Shown here piece after piece: positions 63,471 to 64,000 of a stretch of DNA of 64,000 nucleotides. The stretch is from assembly GCA_002352545.1 (NCBI GenBank), contig DEIO01000026.1, positions 4,099-68,098 of the forward strand, read 5' to 3'. A program made the position numbers and the translations under genes. The notes under the pieces were generated by a model. That model searched no databases. It was given only the letters and a program-made list of their open reading frames with translations, and was not told the DNA's origin. The DNA comes from Patescibacteria group bacterium UBA2772 (GTDB lineage: Bacteria; Patescibacteriota; Minisyncoccia; Moranbacterales; DUUL01). Position 1 is the first letter of the stretch. Every line of letters starts with the position of its first letter.

Positions 63471-64000
63471 ATGGAAAAAAGCTATTATATTACAACTACG
63501 CTACCCTATGTTAATGCAAGGCCTCATATTGGTTTTGCATTGGAAATTGTAAGTGCGGATGTTTTGAAGAGATCAAATCAACTCTTTGGCAAAGAAACCT
63601 TTTTTAATACTGGAACTGATGAACACGGACTTAAAGTATTAAGAAAAGCTGAAGAACTTGGTCTTAGTGCACAAGAACATTGTAATAAACAGGCTAAAAA
63701 CTTTAAAAATCTGAAGGAGCTTTTAAATGTAGACGTTGATAAATTTATTCGAACAACTGATGCTGAGCATGAAAAAGCTGCTCAAAAATTTTGGAACATA
63801 TGTAGTGAAAATGGATATATTTACAAGAAAAACTACAAAGTGAATTATTGCGTTGGCTGTGAGTTGGAAAAAACAGAATCAGAACTCGTAGATGGTAAAT
63901 GTCCTGAACATCCAAATGCCGAAATTGAGATAATTGAAGAAGAGAATTATTTTTTTAAGTTTTCTGAATTTGGTGAAAGATTGCTTGAAATGTACGATAA
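63471..64000 (+). CDS. metG: methionine--tRNA ligase, 5' portion (runs off the right edge)
   Basis: Hand translation from ATG 63471: MEKSYYITTTLPYVNARPHIGFALEIV..FFNTGTDEHGLKV..YCVGCELEKTESELVDGKCPEHP (HIGH-like region, TGTDEHG, zinc knuckle). No stop before 64000. Confidence 0.85.
   Translation, partial: MEKSYYITTTLPYVNARPHIGFALEIVSADVLKRSNQLFGKETFFNTGTDEHGLKVLRKAEELGLSAQEHCNKQAKNFKNLKELLNVDVDKFIRTTDAEHEKAAQKFWNICSENGYIYKKNYKVNYCVGCELEKTESELVDGKCPEHPNAEIEIIEEENYFFKFSEFGERLLEMYD

Noticed and set aside
1-64000. Alternative genetic code (UGA recoding as in some CPR lineages)
   Set aside because: Housekeeping genes (infB, uvrA, recG, dnaA, dnaN, cca) translate full-length with conserved termini under the standard bacterial code, so recoding is not needed.

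Overview
AT-rich, gene-dense bacterial chromosomal segment read with the standard code; long ORFs are intact, with no sign of stop-codon recoding. The gene content suggests a small-genome Patescibacteria/CPR-like organism, but this is inference only: short IF-2, compact UvrC, DUF4446, a DUF721/DciA-like gene after dnaN, PrgI/VirB4/VirB6-like genes and many signal-anchored hypothetical proteins. Layout: (1) 1-5.4 kb holds a translation/repair operon (infB-rbfA-DHH phosphoesterase-nfo) and tRNAs. (2) 5.5-38.6 kb is mostly minus-strand housekeeping and envelope genes: a decayed pgeF, 3D-domain and CAP-domain exoproteins, a uvrA-like/uvrC/uvrA cluster, recG, glycosyltransferases, mscS, murI, an ABC-2 exporter, rarA, an MFS transporter, a cca gene with an unusual internal HD-domain insertion, and nine tRNAs. 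(3) 38.6-43.7 kb is the replication-origin neighbourhood. It contains a dense array of parS (ParB-binding) palindromes at 38.8-39.16 kb located exactly at the minus-to-plus gene-orientation switch, DnaA-box-like motifs, and dnaA-dnaN-DUF721. (4) 45.4-59.65 kb is a 12-gene co-directional type IV secretion-like cluster: VirB6/TrbL-like, PrgI/VirB3-like, VirB4 ATPase, pilin-like protein, CPBP protease and large Ca-binding surface proteins. No coupling protein, relaxase or integrase is seen in it, and it is the best candidate for a poorly described system here. (5) 59.6-64 kb holds two O-antigen-ligase-like genes, a GT2, a DUF134 protein and the 5' part of metG. No CRISPR array, rRNA, transposase or prophage was seen. 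All family assignments come from motif recognition by eye and need profile searches to confirm.
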